From positions 88,090 to 152,089 of the forward strand of contig DATHEA010000005.1 in NCBI GenBank assembly GCA_035318745.1: a stretch of DNA of 64,000 nucleotides. Direction: 5' to 3'. Position numbers and translations under genes: made by a program. The notes under the pieces are model-generated. The model worked only from the letters and a program-made list of their open reading frames with translations. It was not told where the DNA came from and searched no databases. Source of the DNA: Solirubrobacterales bacterium (lineage in GTDB: Bacteria; Actinomycetota; Thermoleophilia; Solirubrobacterales; 70-9). Of this stretch, positions 8,643 to 17,760 are shown piece after piece. Numbering within the stretch: the stretch's first letter is position 1; each line of letters starts with the position of its first letter.

Positions 8643-9000
8643 TGGAGGCGGCCGGAATCGAACCGGCGTGTCTGGCCGTAGCGCGAAGGCTTCTACAGGT
8701 TTAGCCGGCGCTTGATTCTCGTCTCCCGGGGTCCGCGCCGGCGGGCACTGCGGGAGATAAAGCCCTCTGAAATGTCCCCTGGCGGACGGGGCGATCCGCC
8801 CGGGTAAGCCCGCAATTGAAGCCGGTGCCCCCCTCCGCGGGCGGGAGAGGGCCGACTCTCACTCACTTAGATCTAACTAAGCAGCGAGGGCGAACTCATG
8901 GTCCGCACGTATTGGTTGGTGCCGGGGTTTAACGAGGCCTCCGGCAACCTCGACCTGCAACCGTTCGCACGGATCGACCAGATCGAAGCCTGTCGCCCCC
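8643..9000 (-). ncRNA. ssrA: tmRNA (transfer-messenger RNA)
   Basis: The minus strand starts GGGGGCGACAGGCTTCGATCTGGTCGATCCGTGCGAACGG and ends GCCGGTTCGATTCCGGCCGCCTCCA (T-arm plus acceptor). The acceptor stem 5-prime GGGGGCG / 3-prime CGCCTCC contains the G3:U alanine identity pair. Internal tag frame GCG GAC CAT GAG TTC GCC CTC GCT GCT TAG (8906-8877) encodes ADHEFALAA*. The 3-prime CCA is not genome-encoded. Confidence 0.93.
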
Positions 9001-9045
9001 GTGCTATGTGACATCGATTGTACGGTGCCGGGTAGGGATGCCCAA

Positions 9046-10422
9046 ATGAGCAAGAAAGAATTCGACGCGATCGTGATCGGCGCCGGCGCGCCGGGCGAGG
9101 TCTGCGCGGGGCGCCTTGCCGACGGCGGGCTCTCGGTGGCGATCGTCGAGAGCCACCTGGTCGGCGGCGAGTGCTCCTATTACGCCTGCATGCCGTCGAA
9201 GGCTCTACTTCGCCCTGGCGAGCTGCTGGCTGAGGTACGCCGTGTACCTGGAATCGCCGCCGCGGTCAGCGGTGACCTCGACCCACAGGCGGTCCTCGAT
9301 CGCCGTGACGAGGTGATCCACGACCTCGACGACTCCGGCCAGTTGCCTTGGCTGGAGGAACGCGACATCGAGCTGTTTCGCGGCGAGGGACGGCTCGACG
9401 GCGAGCGGCAGGTCGTCGTCGGTGAGAAGACGCTGATCGCTCGCCAGGCCGTGGTGGTAGCGACCGGTAGCGGCGCGGCGATGCCGCCCAGCGACGGCCT
9501 CGACTCGGTTCGAACCTGGAACAACCGCGATGCGACGACCTCCAAACTGGTGCCGGAGAGCATGATCGTCCTCGGCGGCGGCCCGGTCGGCTCGGAGCTC
9601 GCTCAAGCATGGTCCACGCTCGGGACCACCGTCACCCTGGTCGAGGGCGAGGATCATCTGCTCCCGCGCGAGGAGCCGTTCGCCGGCGAGCAGGTCGCTG
9701 CCTCGCTGGGGAATTCTTACGGGATCGACGTGCGGACGGGGGTGCTCGCCGAGCGGGTCTCCTCCGGTGGCGCCGGGGTCGTGGTCGAGCTGAACGACGG
9801 CAGCCGCGCAGAGGCGGAGGAGCTCCTGGTAGCGATCGGCCGCGTCCCCCGCACCAAGAAGATCGGCCTCGACTCGGTCGGGGTCGAGCCAGGCGAGCAC
9901 GGCTTCCTCCCAACCGACGAGCGACTTCGGGTGAGAGGCCGCGAGTGGCTCTACGCCGTCGGCGACGTCAACGGTCGCGCCCTCTTCACCCACATGGGCA
10001 AGTACCAAGCCTGGGTTGCGGCCGAGAACGTGCTCGGCCGCAGGGTCGAGTCGATCGCCGAAGACATCGGCTCGCCGCGCGTCACCTTCACCGATCCCCA
10101 GGTCGCGGCCATCGGCAAGACGCTTGCCCAGGCCGAAGAGACAGGAATCGATGCCCGCGGGGTCGACGTCCCCACCGACGGCACGGCCGGTGCCAGCTTC
10201 CAAGGGAAGGAAACGGGAGGAACCTCCCGCCTCGTCATCGACCAAAGCAAGCAGATGATCGTCGGCGCCACCTTCACCGGCTTCGAGACCGCCGACTTTC
10301 TCCACGCAGCAACGATCGCAATCGTGGGAGAAGTGCCCCTCGATCGACTACGCCACGCGGTAGCTGCCTACCCCACGCGCAGCGAGATCTGGCTCAAGCT
10401 GATCGAGCAGTACGAACGCTGA
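9046..10422 (+). CDS. FAD-dependent pyridine nucleotide-disulfide oxidoreductase (class I, lipoamide dehydrogenase/mycothione reductase-like)
   Basis: FAD fold FDAIVIGAGAPGEVCAG, redox dithiol GGECSYYACMPSK, NAD fold VLGGGPVGSELAQ and a C-terminal dimerisation domain. Start set to the ATG at 9046 (MSKKEF); the track ORF from 9001 abuts ssrA. Confidence 0.8.
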   Translation: MSKKEFDAIVIGAGAPGEVCAGRLADGGLSVAIVESHLVGGECSYYACMPSKALLRPGELLAEVRRVPGIAAAVSGDLDPQAVLDRRDEVIHDLDDSGQLPWLEERDIELFRGEGRLDGERQVVVGEKTLIARQAVVVATGSGAAMPPSDGLDSVRTWNNRDATTSKLVPESMIVLGGGPVGSELAQAWSTLGTTVTLVEGEDHLLPREEPFAGEQVAASLGNSYGIDVRTGVLAERVSSGGAGVVVELNDGSRAEAEELLVAIGRVPRTKKIGLDSVGVEPGEHGFLPTDERLRVRGREWLYAVGDVNGRALFTHMGKYQAWVAAENVLGRRVESIAEDIGSPRVTFTDPQVAAIGKTLAQAEETGIDARGVDVPTDGTAGASFQGKETGGTSRLVIDQSKQMIVGATFTGFETADFLHAATIAIVGEVPLDRLRHAVAAYPTRSEIWLKLIEQYER

Positions 10423-10430
10423 ACCGGGCT

Positions 10431-10572
10431 GGGCGACCGCGGTGGTCCTCCGGGGGTGCCTCGCGAAGCGGCGCACCGGCGAGTGATTCTTGCCGCGAAG
10501 CGGCTCCAACATAGTGAGCGGAGCGTCAGCGAAGCGAACCCCGGCACCCACGGGGGACCACCGCGGTCGCCC
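10431..10572 (+). repeat. Family-3 structured palindromic intergenic element, copy 1
   Basis: 30-nt arms 10431-10460 and 10543-10572 are complementary at 27 of 30 positions. The interior has three exact GCGAAGC heptamers (10463-69, 10495-501, 10529-35) and the motif gtgatt-hairpin-tccaacatagt, shared with 40781-40932. Confidence 0.8.
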
Positions 10573-10581
10573 GAACGCTTG

Positions 10582-12189
10582 CTAAACGCGAGAACGCCGC
10601 TTCAGGTCTTCGGCAAACTCGCGCGGCAGGCCGGGAATCTCGTCCAGTTCGTCGATCGACTGAAAACGACCGACTCGCTCGCGGTGCGCAAGCAGGCGAG
10701 TCGCCTGGGTCACGGAGAGCCCCTGGGCCCTGAGCTGCTCGAAGCTGATGTTGTTGAGTTCGATCGTCTCCCCGGTCTGCGCCGCAGAGGGCGGTGCGGG
10801 CTGGGGCGGCATCGGTGGACCCGGCTGCGGCTCGGGCTGTGGTGGCGCCGGCGGCGGGCCGGGCTGGTCCGGCGCGGGCGGCGGAGGCTCAGGAGTCGGT
10901 GGTTGAGGCGTGGGCGCCGGAGGCGGTTGCGGGGTGTCCAACTGCGGTGAGCGCTCCGGCGGAGGTTCTGGAGGCAGGGGCTGGGGATTCAGCGAGGCGG
11001 CTTCTCCACCATGCACGGAACCGAGCACGGCCCGCTCCGCTGCTTCGGCCCGGCGCTCCGCCTCGCGGGCGCGCTCCTCGGCCTGGGCGACGCTTTCCTC
11101 GATCTCACGCAGGCGCTGCCGGCGCTCCTCCTCCTGCGATTTCAGCTGCGCAAGGCGCTCGGCCTCCGCTGCACGCCGTTCCGCGGCTTTGGTGCGCTCC
11201 TCGATCTGGCGCAGGCGCTCTTGCGCTTCGGCGAGCGAGCGCTCCTGCGCTTCGCGTCCCTGCTGCAGACGCTGTTCGGCCGTCTGAAGGTCGGGCGCCG
11301 GCGCGGCAGGGGGCGGGGGCGCAGCCATGCTCTGCGTCGTCTGCCCGGTCTCGGCTTGCGCCCGCCGTGCCTCGGCCTCACGCTGAAGTCGCTCCGCCTC
11401 CTCGATGCGCCGATCCGCCTCGGAGCGGATCCGCTCCTCCTCGCGCTGGATTTCGGCGACCTTGTCGTGAACGCGCTGTTCGGCCACGGCCGGGTCGTAT
11501 CCCCCTGGCGTGAGCGGCGGTGCGCCCGGTGGCGCCTGCGAAGGCACGGGGGGCGGCGACTGTGGCTGCGGTACCGCGGCAGGCGGAGGTACAGGCGGAG
11601 GTACGGCTTGCACGGCGGGTGGTGGAACGACCTGAGGCTGCGGCTGGGCAAACGGCTGGGCCGGCGGAGCCGGCGGCGGTTGAGCGGTAGCTGCGCTCTC
11701 CTGCTCGTACCGCGCCCGCTCCTGCGCGGCGCGAGCCGCGGCGAGCTCCCGCTCGGCCTTCGCCGCCTCTTTCTTGCCGCGACGCCCGGTGCGGCTGCCC
11801 CGACCCGGCTTGCCGCGACGCCCGGCTCGTTTCCTCGCCCGCTCTTCGCGGCGCCGCTTCGCTTCTTCCTGGCTGCGCTTGCGATGCTCGGCGCGAGCGG
11901 AACGTTGCTGCAGGCGAGCCTGCTTGCGCTTCTCCTTGGCGCTCAGCGGCTTGCCCGAGGGCGGCGGTGGCGCCGCGGTAGGGGGAGCGCCCGTTTGTCC
12001 CGCCTGCGGTTGGGCCGACTGTGGCGCCAAAGGCGGCGGTGGGGGCGATGCCGGCTTGCCGGCATCGCTTTTCTTATGCTGGTCCTTGCTGCGCCGCTGG
12101 ACGATGCTGATCACGAGCAGCAAGAGCAGGATCGCCACCACCAGCCCGGCGACGAAGTATTGGACGTTGTCGCTCACGAAGTCAGCCAT
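10582..12189 (-). CDS. membrane-anchored Pro/Ala-rich coiled-coil protein with C-terminal helix-hairpin-helix (ComEA-like) domain
   Basis: N-terminal TM helix FVAGLVVAILLLLLVISIV. Basic and proline-rich low-complexity tracts. Charged heptad-like repeats (AERRAAEAERLAQ, EERAREAERRAEAAERA). C-terminus LNNISFEQLRAQGLSVTQATRLLAHRERVGRFQSIDELDEIPGL resembles an HhH DNA-binding module. Confidence 0.6.
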   Translation of the reverse strand: MADFVSDNVQYFVAGLVVAILLLLLVISIVQRRSKDQHKKSDAGKPASPPPPPLAPQSAQPQAGQTGAPPTAAPPPPSGKPLSAKEKRKQARLQQRSARAEHRKRSQEEAKRRREERARKRAGRRGKPGRGSRTGRRGKKEAAKAERELAAARAAQERARYEQESAATAQPPPAPPAQPFAQPQPQVVPPPAVQAVPPPVPPPAAVPQPQSPPPVPSQAPPGAPPLTPGGYDPAVAEQRVHDKVAEIQREEERIRSEADRRIEEAERLQREAEARRAQAETGQTTQSMAAPPPPAAPAPDLQTAEQRLQQGREAQERSLAEAQERLRQIEERTKAAERRAAEAERLAQLKSQEEERRQRLREIEESVAQAEERAREAERRAEAAERAVLGSVHGGEAASLNPQPLPPEPPPERSPQLDTPQPPPAPTPQPPTPEPPPPAPDQPGPPPAPPQPEPQPGPPMPPQPAPPSAAQTGETIELNNISFEQLRAQGLSVTQATRLLAHRERVGRFQSIDELDEIPGLPREFAEDLKRRSRV

Positions 12190-12209
12190 TGGACCTCAAT
12201 ACCGCGAAG

Positions 12210-12695
12210 CTACCTCATTCTGCCCTTGAATTCGCGCTCGACCTCGCGGCGCACGTCCCGGTCCGCGATCTCGCGGCGCCGGTCGCGCCCCTCCTTCCCC
12301 CGTGCCAGCGCCAGCTCGACCTTCGCCCGCGCCCCCTTGAAGTAGATCCGAGTCGGAATCAGGGTCAGCCCGCGCTCGGCGGTTTTGCCGACGAGACGCT
12401 CGATCTCGGCCCGGTGCAGGAGCAGCTTGCGCGGTCGCTCCGGCTCGTGGTTATCGCGGCTAGCCGGCTCATATGGCGGGATATGGAGGTTGCGCAGCCA
12501 GACCTCGCCGTCGTTTATCACCGCGTAGGCATCGGTCATCTGCGCCTTGCCGTTGCGCAATGACTTGACCTCGGAACCGCGCAGCACCATGCCGGCCTCG
12601 ACTCTCTCGATCCACTCGAATTTGTGCCGGGCACGGCGGTTGGTGGCTACGTCGCCCGAGGCCGGATCGCGTTTTTTCTTCCCCTTCTTGGCCAC
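12210..12695 (-). CDS. smpB: SsrA-binding protein
   Basis: 161 aa. NRRARHKFEWIERVEAGMVLRGSEVKSLR...LLLHRAEI...LIPTRIYFKGARAKVELALARGK is canonical SmpB. Confidence 0.93.
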   Translation of the reverse strand: MAKKGKKKRDPASGDVATNRRARHKFEWIERVEAGMVLRGSEVKSLRNGKAQMTDAYAVINDGEVWLRNLHIPPYEPASRDNHEPERPRKLLLHRAEIERLVGKTAERGLTLIPTRIYFKGARAKVELALARGKEGRDRRREIADRDVRREVEREFKGRMR

Positions 12696-12698
12696 GGC

Positions 12699-14315
12699 TC
12701 AGTCCCCCGCCGGCTCCAGGTCGGCGCGACCCCGTGCCGCTTCGACCCCGCTCACCTGGACGGATATCGGATCGCCGAGCCGCAGCTTGCGCTTCGACTC
12801 CTGGCCGACCAGCGCCGTCTCGCTCTCGTCCAGCTCGAAGCGCTCGGCACCGCCGAAACGGCGGGCCGGCAGGAAGCCCTCGTAGACGTCGCCGAGCTCG
12901 CCGCGGAAGCCGACGAAGGCACCGGCCCTGATCAGGCCCGAGACCTCACCCTCGAACGGGGTCTCCGCGCCGCGCTCGCGCAACTCGCGCTCGAGCAGGA
13001 AGGCGGCGCAGATGTCGTCGGCCCGGCGCTCGACCTTCATCGACTCACGCTCCCGCTCGCTGCAATGCGACGCGACCTCACGCACTTCAGCGGGACTTGG
13101 AGCCGGCTCGCCCTCTCCCAGCGTCGCCAGCAGGGCACGGTGGACGATCAGGTCCGGGTAGCGCCGTATCGGCGAGGTGAAATGGCAATAGGCAGCGCTG
13201 CCGAGCCCGGCATGGCCGCTGTTGCGCTCGCTGTAGGAGGCCTGTTTGAGGGAACGCAACACGAGCGATGTATACGCGGCGCGGCCGTGCCCGCGTCGCG
13301 CCGCCTCCTTGGTCACCAGCCGGCTCGCTTCCGCCGCCAGCTCAGCCGCCTGGCTCGGCGACGGCGTACCGCGCAGCGGCGGCGTCGGCACTTCGAGCGC
13401 GTGCAGCTGCGCGATCAGGTTTTCTATCCGCGGCGGATCCGGCCGGGCGTGGACCCGGTAGATCGCCGGCACCCGCTTGCGCTCCAAGAGCTGCGCCACC
13501 TTCTCGTTGGCGAGGATCATCAGCCCCTCGATCAGCCGGTGGGACTCGGTCTGGGCGACGCCGTGGGCGGCGACGACGTTCCCGCGCGAGTCGAAGCGGA
13601 ACTCGGGCTCGAAGGACTCGACGTCGAGGCTGGTGGCGCCGCGTCGCTCGCCCAGGGCGGCCGCGGCCTCGCGGGCGACGGCGACCGACTCGGCAACCAC
13701 CTCCGGCGCTTCCGCCCGGCCCGAGAAGACGACATCGAGTTCGTCGTAGTCGAGCCGTGCGTCGGAGCGGATGCGGCTGCGGTAGAAGGCAGCGGCGCCG
13801 GGGCGTCCGTCTGCGCCGAGCTCGACCTCCGCCGTCACCGCCAGCCGTTCCACCCCCGGCGCCAGGCTGCAAGCCTGCTCGCTGAGCGCGTGCGGCAGCA
13901 TCGGCTCGACCGCACCCGGCGCGTAGGTGCTGTTGGCGCGACGCAGCGCCTCGCGATCGAGCGGCGAGCCCGGCGGCACGTGGGCGGCGACGTCGGCGAT
14001 GTGAATCCAGAGTCGCGTCGTGCCGGCCTCGCGCCGTGCCGAGACAGCGTCGTCGAAGTCGCGTGCCGTCGCCGGGTCGACGGTGAAGGTGGGCAGATCG
14101 GTCAGGTCGCGGCGCGGCCCACTGCGCGACTCCGCCACGGCGCCCGCCTCGGTCGCCTCGAGCTCGAGCGAGGCACGGAAGCCGCGACCGTCCAGCTCTT
14201 CGCGCAGCAGCGCCTCAACCGCCTCGCGGGCCGTCTTCGGCTCGGCCTGGCGGCGACCGCGCCCCCGCTGCCGCTCGCGGTGGTAGCGCCAGTCGCGCTC
14301 GCTCACCCGCCCCAC
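12699..14315 (-). CDS. rnr: RNase II/R family 3-prime-to-5-prime exoribonuclease (short form: RNB plus C-terminal S1 domain)
   Basis: RNB motifs TVDPATARDFDDAVSA, STYAPGAVEPMLP and HFTSPIRRYPDLIVHR, plus an S1-like C-terminus (GEVSGLIRAGAFVGF). The track ORF start at 14450 overlaps the upstream gene by 85 nt, so the start is placed at the in-frame GTG at 14315 (or 14306). The start is uncertain. Confidence 0.8.
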   Translation of the reverse strand: MGRVSERDWRYHRERQRGRGRRQAEPKTAREAVEALLREELDGRGFRASLELEATEAGAVAESRSGPRRDLTDLPTFTVDPATARDFDDAVSARREAGTTRLWIHIADVAAHVPPGSPLDREALRRANSTYAPGAVEPMLPHALSEQACSLAPGVERLAVTAEVELGADGRPGAAAFYRSRIRSDARLDYDELDVVFSGRAEAPEVVAESVAVAREAAAALGERRGATSLDVESFEPEFRFDSRGNVVAAHGVAQTESHRLIEGLMILANEKVAQLLERKRVPAIYRVHARPDPPRIENLIAQLHALEVPTPPLRGTPSPSQAAELAAEASRLVTKEAARRGHGRAAYTSLVLRSLKQASYSERNSGHAGLGSAAYCHFTSPIRRYPDLIVHRALLATLGEGEPAPSPAEVREVASHCSERERESMKVERRADDICAAFLLERELRERGAETPFEGEVSGLIRAGAFVGFRGELGDVYEGFLPARRFGGAERFELDESETALVGQESKRKLRLGDPISVQVSGVEAARGRADLEPAGD

Positions 14316-14364
14316 CTTCCGGTGCGCTTTATGTCTGCATAGGACACGTAAGGCGCACCGGAAC

Positions 14365-15549
14365 TCATGGTTCTTCGGCTGCCAGCACTTCGAGGGCCCG
14401 TTCGAGGCCCTCGTCGCGGCTCGTCCCCGGCAGGTCGGGGGCTCGCACATCGGGGTGGATGCCCTTGCCGGCCAGGTTGGTGCCGTCCGGCGTGAAGTAC
14501 TCCCCCACGGTCAGCTTCAGCGCACCGTCGTTGGAGAGGTCGATCTCCTGCTGGAAGACGCCCTTGCCGTAGGAGCGGGTGCCGACCGTCTTCGCACCGG
14601 CGTCGTCGGCCAGCGCCGCAGCGAGGATCTCGGCCGCCGAGGCGGTATTGCGGTCGATCAGGACGACGATCGGCAGCGACGGCAGGTTGCCGCCCTTCGT
14701 CTTGTAGACGGCGTGGCCCTGGCTGCGCGAGTCGGTCGAGACCACCGTTTCCCCCTTGGGCAGGAAGATGCCGGCATTCAGCACCGCCTCCTCCAGCAGA
14801 CCGCCGCCGTTGCCGCGCAGGTCGAGCACGAGCCCGTGGGCGCCCTGCCCCTGCAGCTTGCGCACCGCCTGCCGCAGCGCCAGGCTTGAGCCTTCGCTGA
14901 AGGTCGCAAGCCGCGCGTAGCCGAGCTTCCGGCCGTGCACGGTCTCAAGTTTGCTGCTCACGACCGGCAGTGAGATCTGGGCACGGGTGAGGCGCACCTG
15001 CCGCGTCTTGCCGCCCTTTGGACCACGCACCCCAACCGTCACCTCAGACCCTTCAGGACCTTTGATCAAGTCGGTGGCGGCGTTGGAGTCGAGACCGGCG
15101 ATCGAGCGTCCGTCGACCGAGATGACCGTGTCGCCGACCTCGATCCCGGCAGCATCGGCCGGCGAGCCCTTGAAGACGCGTTCGACCCGCAAGCCCTCTT
15201 TGACCCCGGTCACGCTGAGCCCGATCCCCGAGAAATGCCCCTCGATTTCCTCGTTGAAGCGGGCCAGCGCTTCTGGCGAGAAGTAGTCGGAGAAGCGGTC
15301 GCCGTAGCGCCGCCGCAGTCCCCGCACCATGCCCTGCAGCGAGGAGTCGATCAGCTTGCCCTGCGAGACCGGGCGGTAGTAGTTGTCTTCGATCAGCTCG
15401 GTTGCTTCCGCAGTCAGCCCGGCCGATTCGTCGACGAAGAGATCGCGCAGGGAAGGTGGCATCTTCGCCGGGTGGCCGCCGATCCAGAGCCCGGCGGCGA
15501 GCACGACGAGGAACGCAGCCGCGAGGCCCAGCGTCCGCGCAGCCCTCAC
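14365..15549 (-). CDS. S41 family carboxyl-terminal processing peptidase with PDZ domain
   Basis: PDZ segment GIGLSV...GSPADAAGIEVGDTVISVDG. Catalytic region LVLDLRGNGGGLL...VVLIDRNTASAAEILAAAL. N-terminal TM/signal sequence. Confidence 0.85.
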   Translation of the reverse strand: MRAARTLGLAAAFLVVLAAGLWIGGHPAKMPPSLRDLFVDESAGLTAEATELIEDNYYRPVSQGKLIDSSLQGMVRGLRRRYGDRFSDYFSPEALARFNEEIEGHFSGIGLSVTGVKEGLRVERVFKGSPADAAGIEVGDTVISVDGRSIAGLDSNAATDLIKGPEGSEVTVGVRGPKGGKTRQVRLTRAQISLPVVSSKLETVHGRKLGYARLATFSEGSSLALRQAVRKLQGQGAHGLVLDLRGNGGGLLEEAVLNAGIFLPKGETVVSTDSRSQGHAVYKTKGGNLPSLPIVVLIDRNTASAAEILAAALADDAGAKTVGTRSYGKGVFQQEIDLSNDGALKLTVGEYFTPDGTNLAGKGIHPDVRAPDLPGTSRDEGLERALEVLAAEEP

Positions 15550-15556
15550 GCGGACT

Positions 15557-16474
15557 TCAGACCTTGAGGAAGCGACGCAGGGTGACGCCGGAGCCGACCG
15601 CCGAAACCAGCACCGCGGCGGCGAAGAGAATCGCGACCAGAGCCGGGAAGGAGAGCGTGGTGCTGTTCTGCGCGGCGAGGAAGCCGATGCTGTTGCTCAG
15701 GGGGTCGACGATCGTCAGCTTGCCCAGCCACAGGATCAGTATGGCCACCAGGCCGCCGAAGAAGCCGACCACGACCCCCTCGATCATGAAGGGCCAGCGG
15801 ATGAACCAGCGGGTGGCCCCGACCAGGCGCATCACCTCGACCTCGCGGCGACGGGTGTAGATCGAGAGCCGGATCGTGTTGCCGACCAGCATCAGCGAGG
15901 CGATGATCAGCAGCGCCGTGATCACGGTCAGGACGATCTTCAGCGCGCTCGTCACCTGCTCGATCTTCTTCGAATCTTCCTGACGGTCGAATACGTCCTG
16001 GACGATCGGCGAGATCGGCTGCGGCTTGCCGTTCGCTCCGGGTGGCGTCACCGCCGCCCGCACCGAGTCGAGGTTGCCGGCGTCGTCGGCCTTGACTTCG
16101 AAGTTCGCCGGCAGCGGGTTCGAGTGCAGCTGGGTCAGCAGTTCGCTGCTCTTCTTCTTGCCCAGGTCTTCGGTCAGTTCGTGCAGCGCCTCGGACTTGC
16201 TGATCAGCCTCACCGAGGCGACGTGCGGGATCGCCAGCAACTGGTCTTCCAGCTTGGCGATTTCGGGCTGAGTGGCATCGTCGAAGATCGCGACCCGGAA
16301 CTCGAGGCTGTCGCGGACCTGATCGCTCTTGGCCTGCGTCGTCTGGAAGATCGGGATCAGCACCCCGAGCAGGATCACCGTGACGACGGTGGTGACGATC
16401 GCCGCCATGCTCGGCGCGCCGTTGCGGCGCAGCGCCCGGAAAGCCTCCTGAGTGAAGAAGAGAAGTCGCGACAT
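15557..16474 (-). CDS. ftsX: cell division permease FtsX
   Basis: 305 aa with four TM segments and a large first extracytoplasmic loop. Start/stop are contiguous with ftsE (16474/16475). Confidence 0.85.
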   Translation of the reverse strand: MSRLLFFTQEAFRALRRNGAPSMAAIVTTVVTVILLGVLIPIFQTTQAKSDQVRDSLEFRVAIFDDATQPEIAKLEDQLLAIPHVASVRLISKSEALHELTEDLGKKKSSELLTQLHSNPLPANFEVKADDAGNLDSVRAAVTPPGANGKPQPISPIVQDVFDRQEDSKKIEQVTSALKIVLTVITALLIIASLMLVGNTIRLSIYTRRREVEVMRLVGATRWFIRWPFMIEGVVVGFFGGLVAILILWLGKLTIVDPLSNSIGFLAAQNSTTLSFPALVAILFAAAVLVSAVGSGVTLRRFLKV

Positions 16475-17320
16475 CTAAAAGAGCGAGTCGTGGGCGTGGC
16501 CGTTGGTCTGCCCCTCGGGGCCGACACCCATCTCGGCCCGCATGCGCAGGCCGAACTCGGACGTCGACTCCTCGGTGTAGCCGCCGCTGACCTCGTCGCG
16601 GACGACACGGCCCTCGTACAGCTCGATCACGCGGCGACGCATGTTGTCGACCATCTCGCGGTCGTGGGTGACGACGACGACGGTGGTGCCGGTCTTGTTG
16701 ATCCGGTAGAGCAGCTGCATCACGCCGATCGAGGTGACCGGGTCAAGGTTGCCGCTGGGCTCGTCGGCGAGCAAAAGAGGTGGGTGGTTGACGAAGGCGC
16801 GGGCAATCGAGACGCGCTGCTGCTCGCCGCCGGAGAGCTCGTCGGGGAAGCTGTGCAGCTTGGTCGAGAGGCCGACGAGGCGGAGGATCTCCGGCACCTG
16901 GCGGCGGATTTCGCCGCGGTGGGCGCCGATCACCTGCAGCGCGTAGGCGACGTTGTCGTAGACCGTGCGGTCGGGAAGCAGCTTGAAGTCCTGGAAGACG
17001 GTGCCGATGTTGCGCCGCAGCTGCGGCGTTTTCTTCTCCGACATCGCGCCGATGTCGCGGCCGGCGATGTGGACGCTGCCGTCGGTCGCCTCGAGCTCGC
17101 GGATCAGCATCTTGATCAGGGTCGACTTGCCGCAGCCGGTCGGGCCGACGAGGAAGACGAACTCGCCGCGGTCGATCGCCAGCGAAACGCGGTCCAGCGC
17201 CATGTGGCCGCCGGGATAGACCTTGGTCACGTCGCGCATCTCGATGATCAGCGCACCGCCCTTGCGGTTGCGCGGCACCGGCGGCTCGCCGCCCTTCTTG
17301 CTCTTTCTGGCTCTGGCCAT
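16475..17320 (-). CDS. ftsE: cell division ATP-binding protein FtsE
   Basis: Walker [10 protein letters not shown], signature [14 protein letters not shown] and Walker B LLLADEP. Start set to the ATG at 17320 ([11 protein letters not shown]); a later start at MRDVTKVY is also possible. Confidence 0.88.
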   Translation of the reverse strand: MARARKSKKGGEPPVPRNRKGGALIIEMRDVTKVYPGGHMALDRVSLAIDRGEFVFLVGPTGCGKSTLIKMLIRELEATDGSVHIAGRDIGAMSEKKTPQLRRNIGTVFQDFKLLPDRTVYDNVAYALQVIGAHRGEIRRQVPEILRLVGLSTKLHSFPDELSGGEQQRVSIARAFVNHPPLLLADEPSGNLDPVTSIGVMQLLYRINKTGTTVVVVTHDREMVDNMRRRVIELYEGRVVRDEVSGGYTEESTSEFGLRMRAEMGVGPEGQTNGHAHDSLF

Positions 17321-17471
17321 GCTCGCGGATCCTTCTCCAGCCACAGGGTGACTCCTGCGCACCGCATCGCGCGCAACACCCTGCCCACAAAGGATGTGCA
17401 GAAGACTAGCCTATTGTCAGCGACTGCTCATATTCTTTGTCGCCCTGCCTCGCTGCTGATAGAACAGTGCC

Positions 17472-17747
17472 ATGGAGGCTGCTGTGAGAACTGAGCAGGA
17501 GTTGCGCGAAAAGGCCGTCTCCCGGCTCAAGAAGAAGCGCGATTTTCGCGCTCACATCTTCATATACGTCGCGGTGAACGCGATGCTCGTCGTCATCTGG
17601 GCTGTGACCGGCAGTGGCTTTTTCTGGCCGATCTTCCCGATTCTCGGCTGGGGCGTCGGGGTCGCCGCAAACGCTTGGGGCGTCTATGGGCGCAAGCCGA
17701 TCAGCGAGGACGAGATTCGGCGCGAGACCGAACGACTACAGGGCTGA
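17472..17747 (+). CDS. 2TM domain-containing protein
   Basis: LKKKRDFRAHIFIYVAVNAMLVVIWAVTGSGFFWPIFPILGWGVGVAANAWGVY matches the 2TM domain pattern. Confidence 0.65.
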   Translation: MEAAVRTEQELREKAVSRLKKKRDFRAHIFIYVAVNAMLVVIWAVTGSGFFWPIFPILGWGVGVAANAWGVYGRKPISEDEIRRETERLQG

Positions 17748-17760
17748 GAGAAGGCGGGCG

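Noticed and set aside
9001-9045. An upstream start for the oxidoreductase (MLCDIDCTVPGRDAQ...).
   Set aside because: It begins on the base immediately adjacent to the tmRNA 5-prime end. The FAD-binding fold starts right after the internal MSKKEF, so 9046 is preferred.
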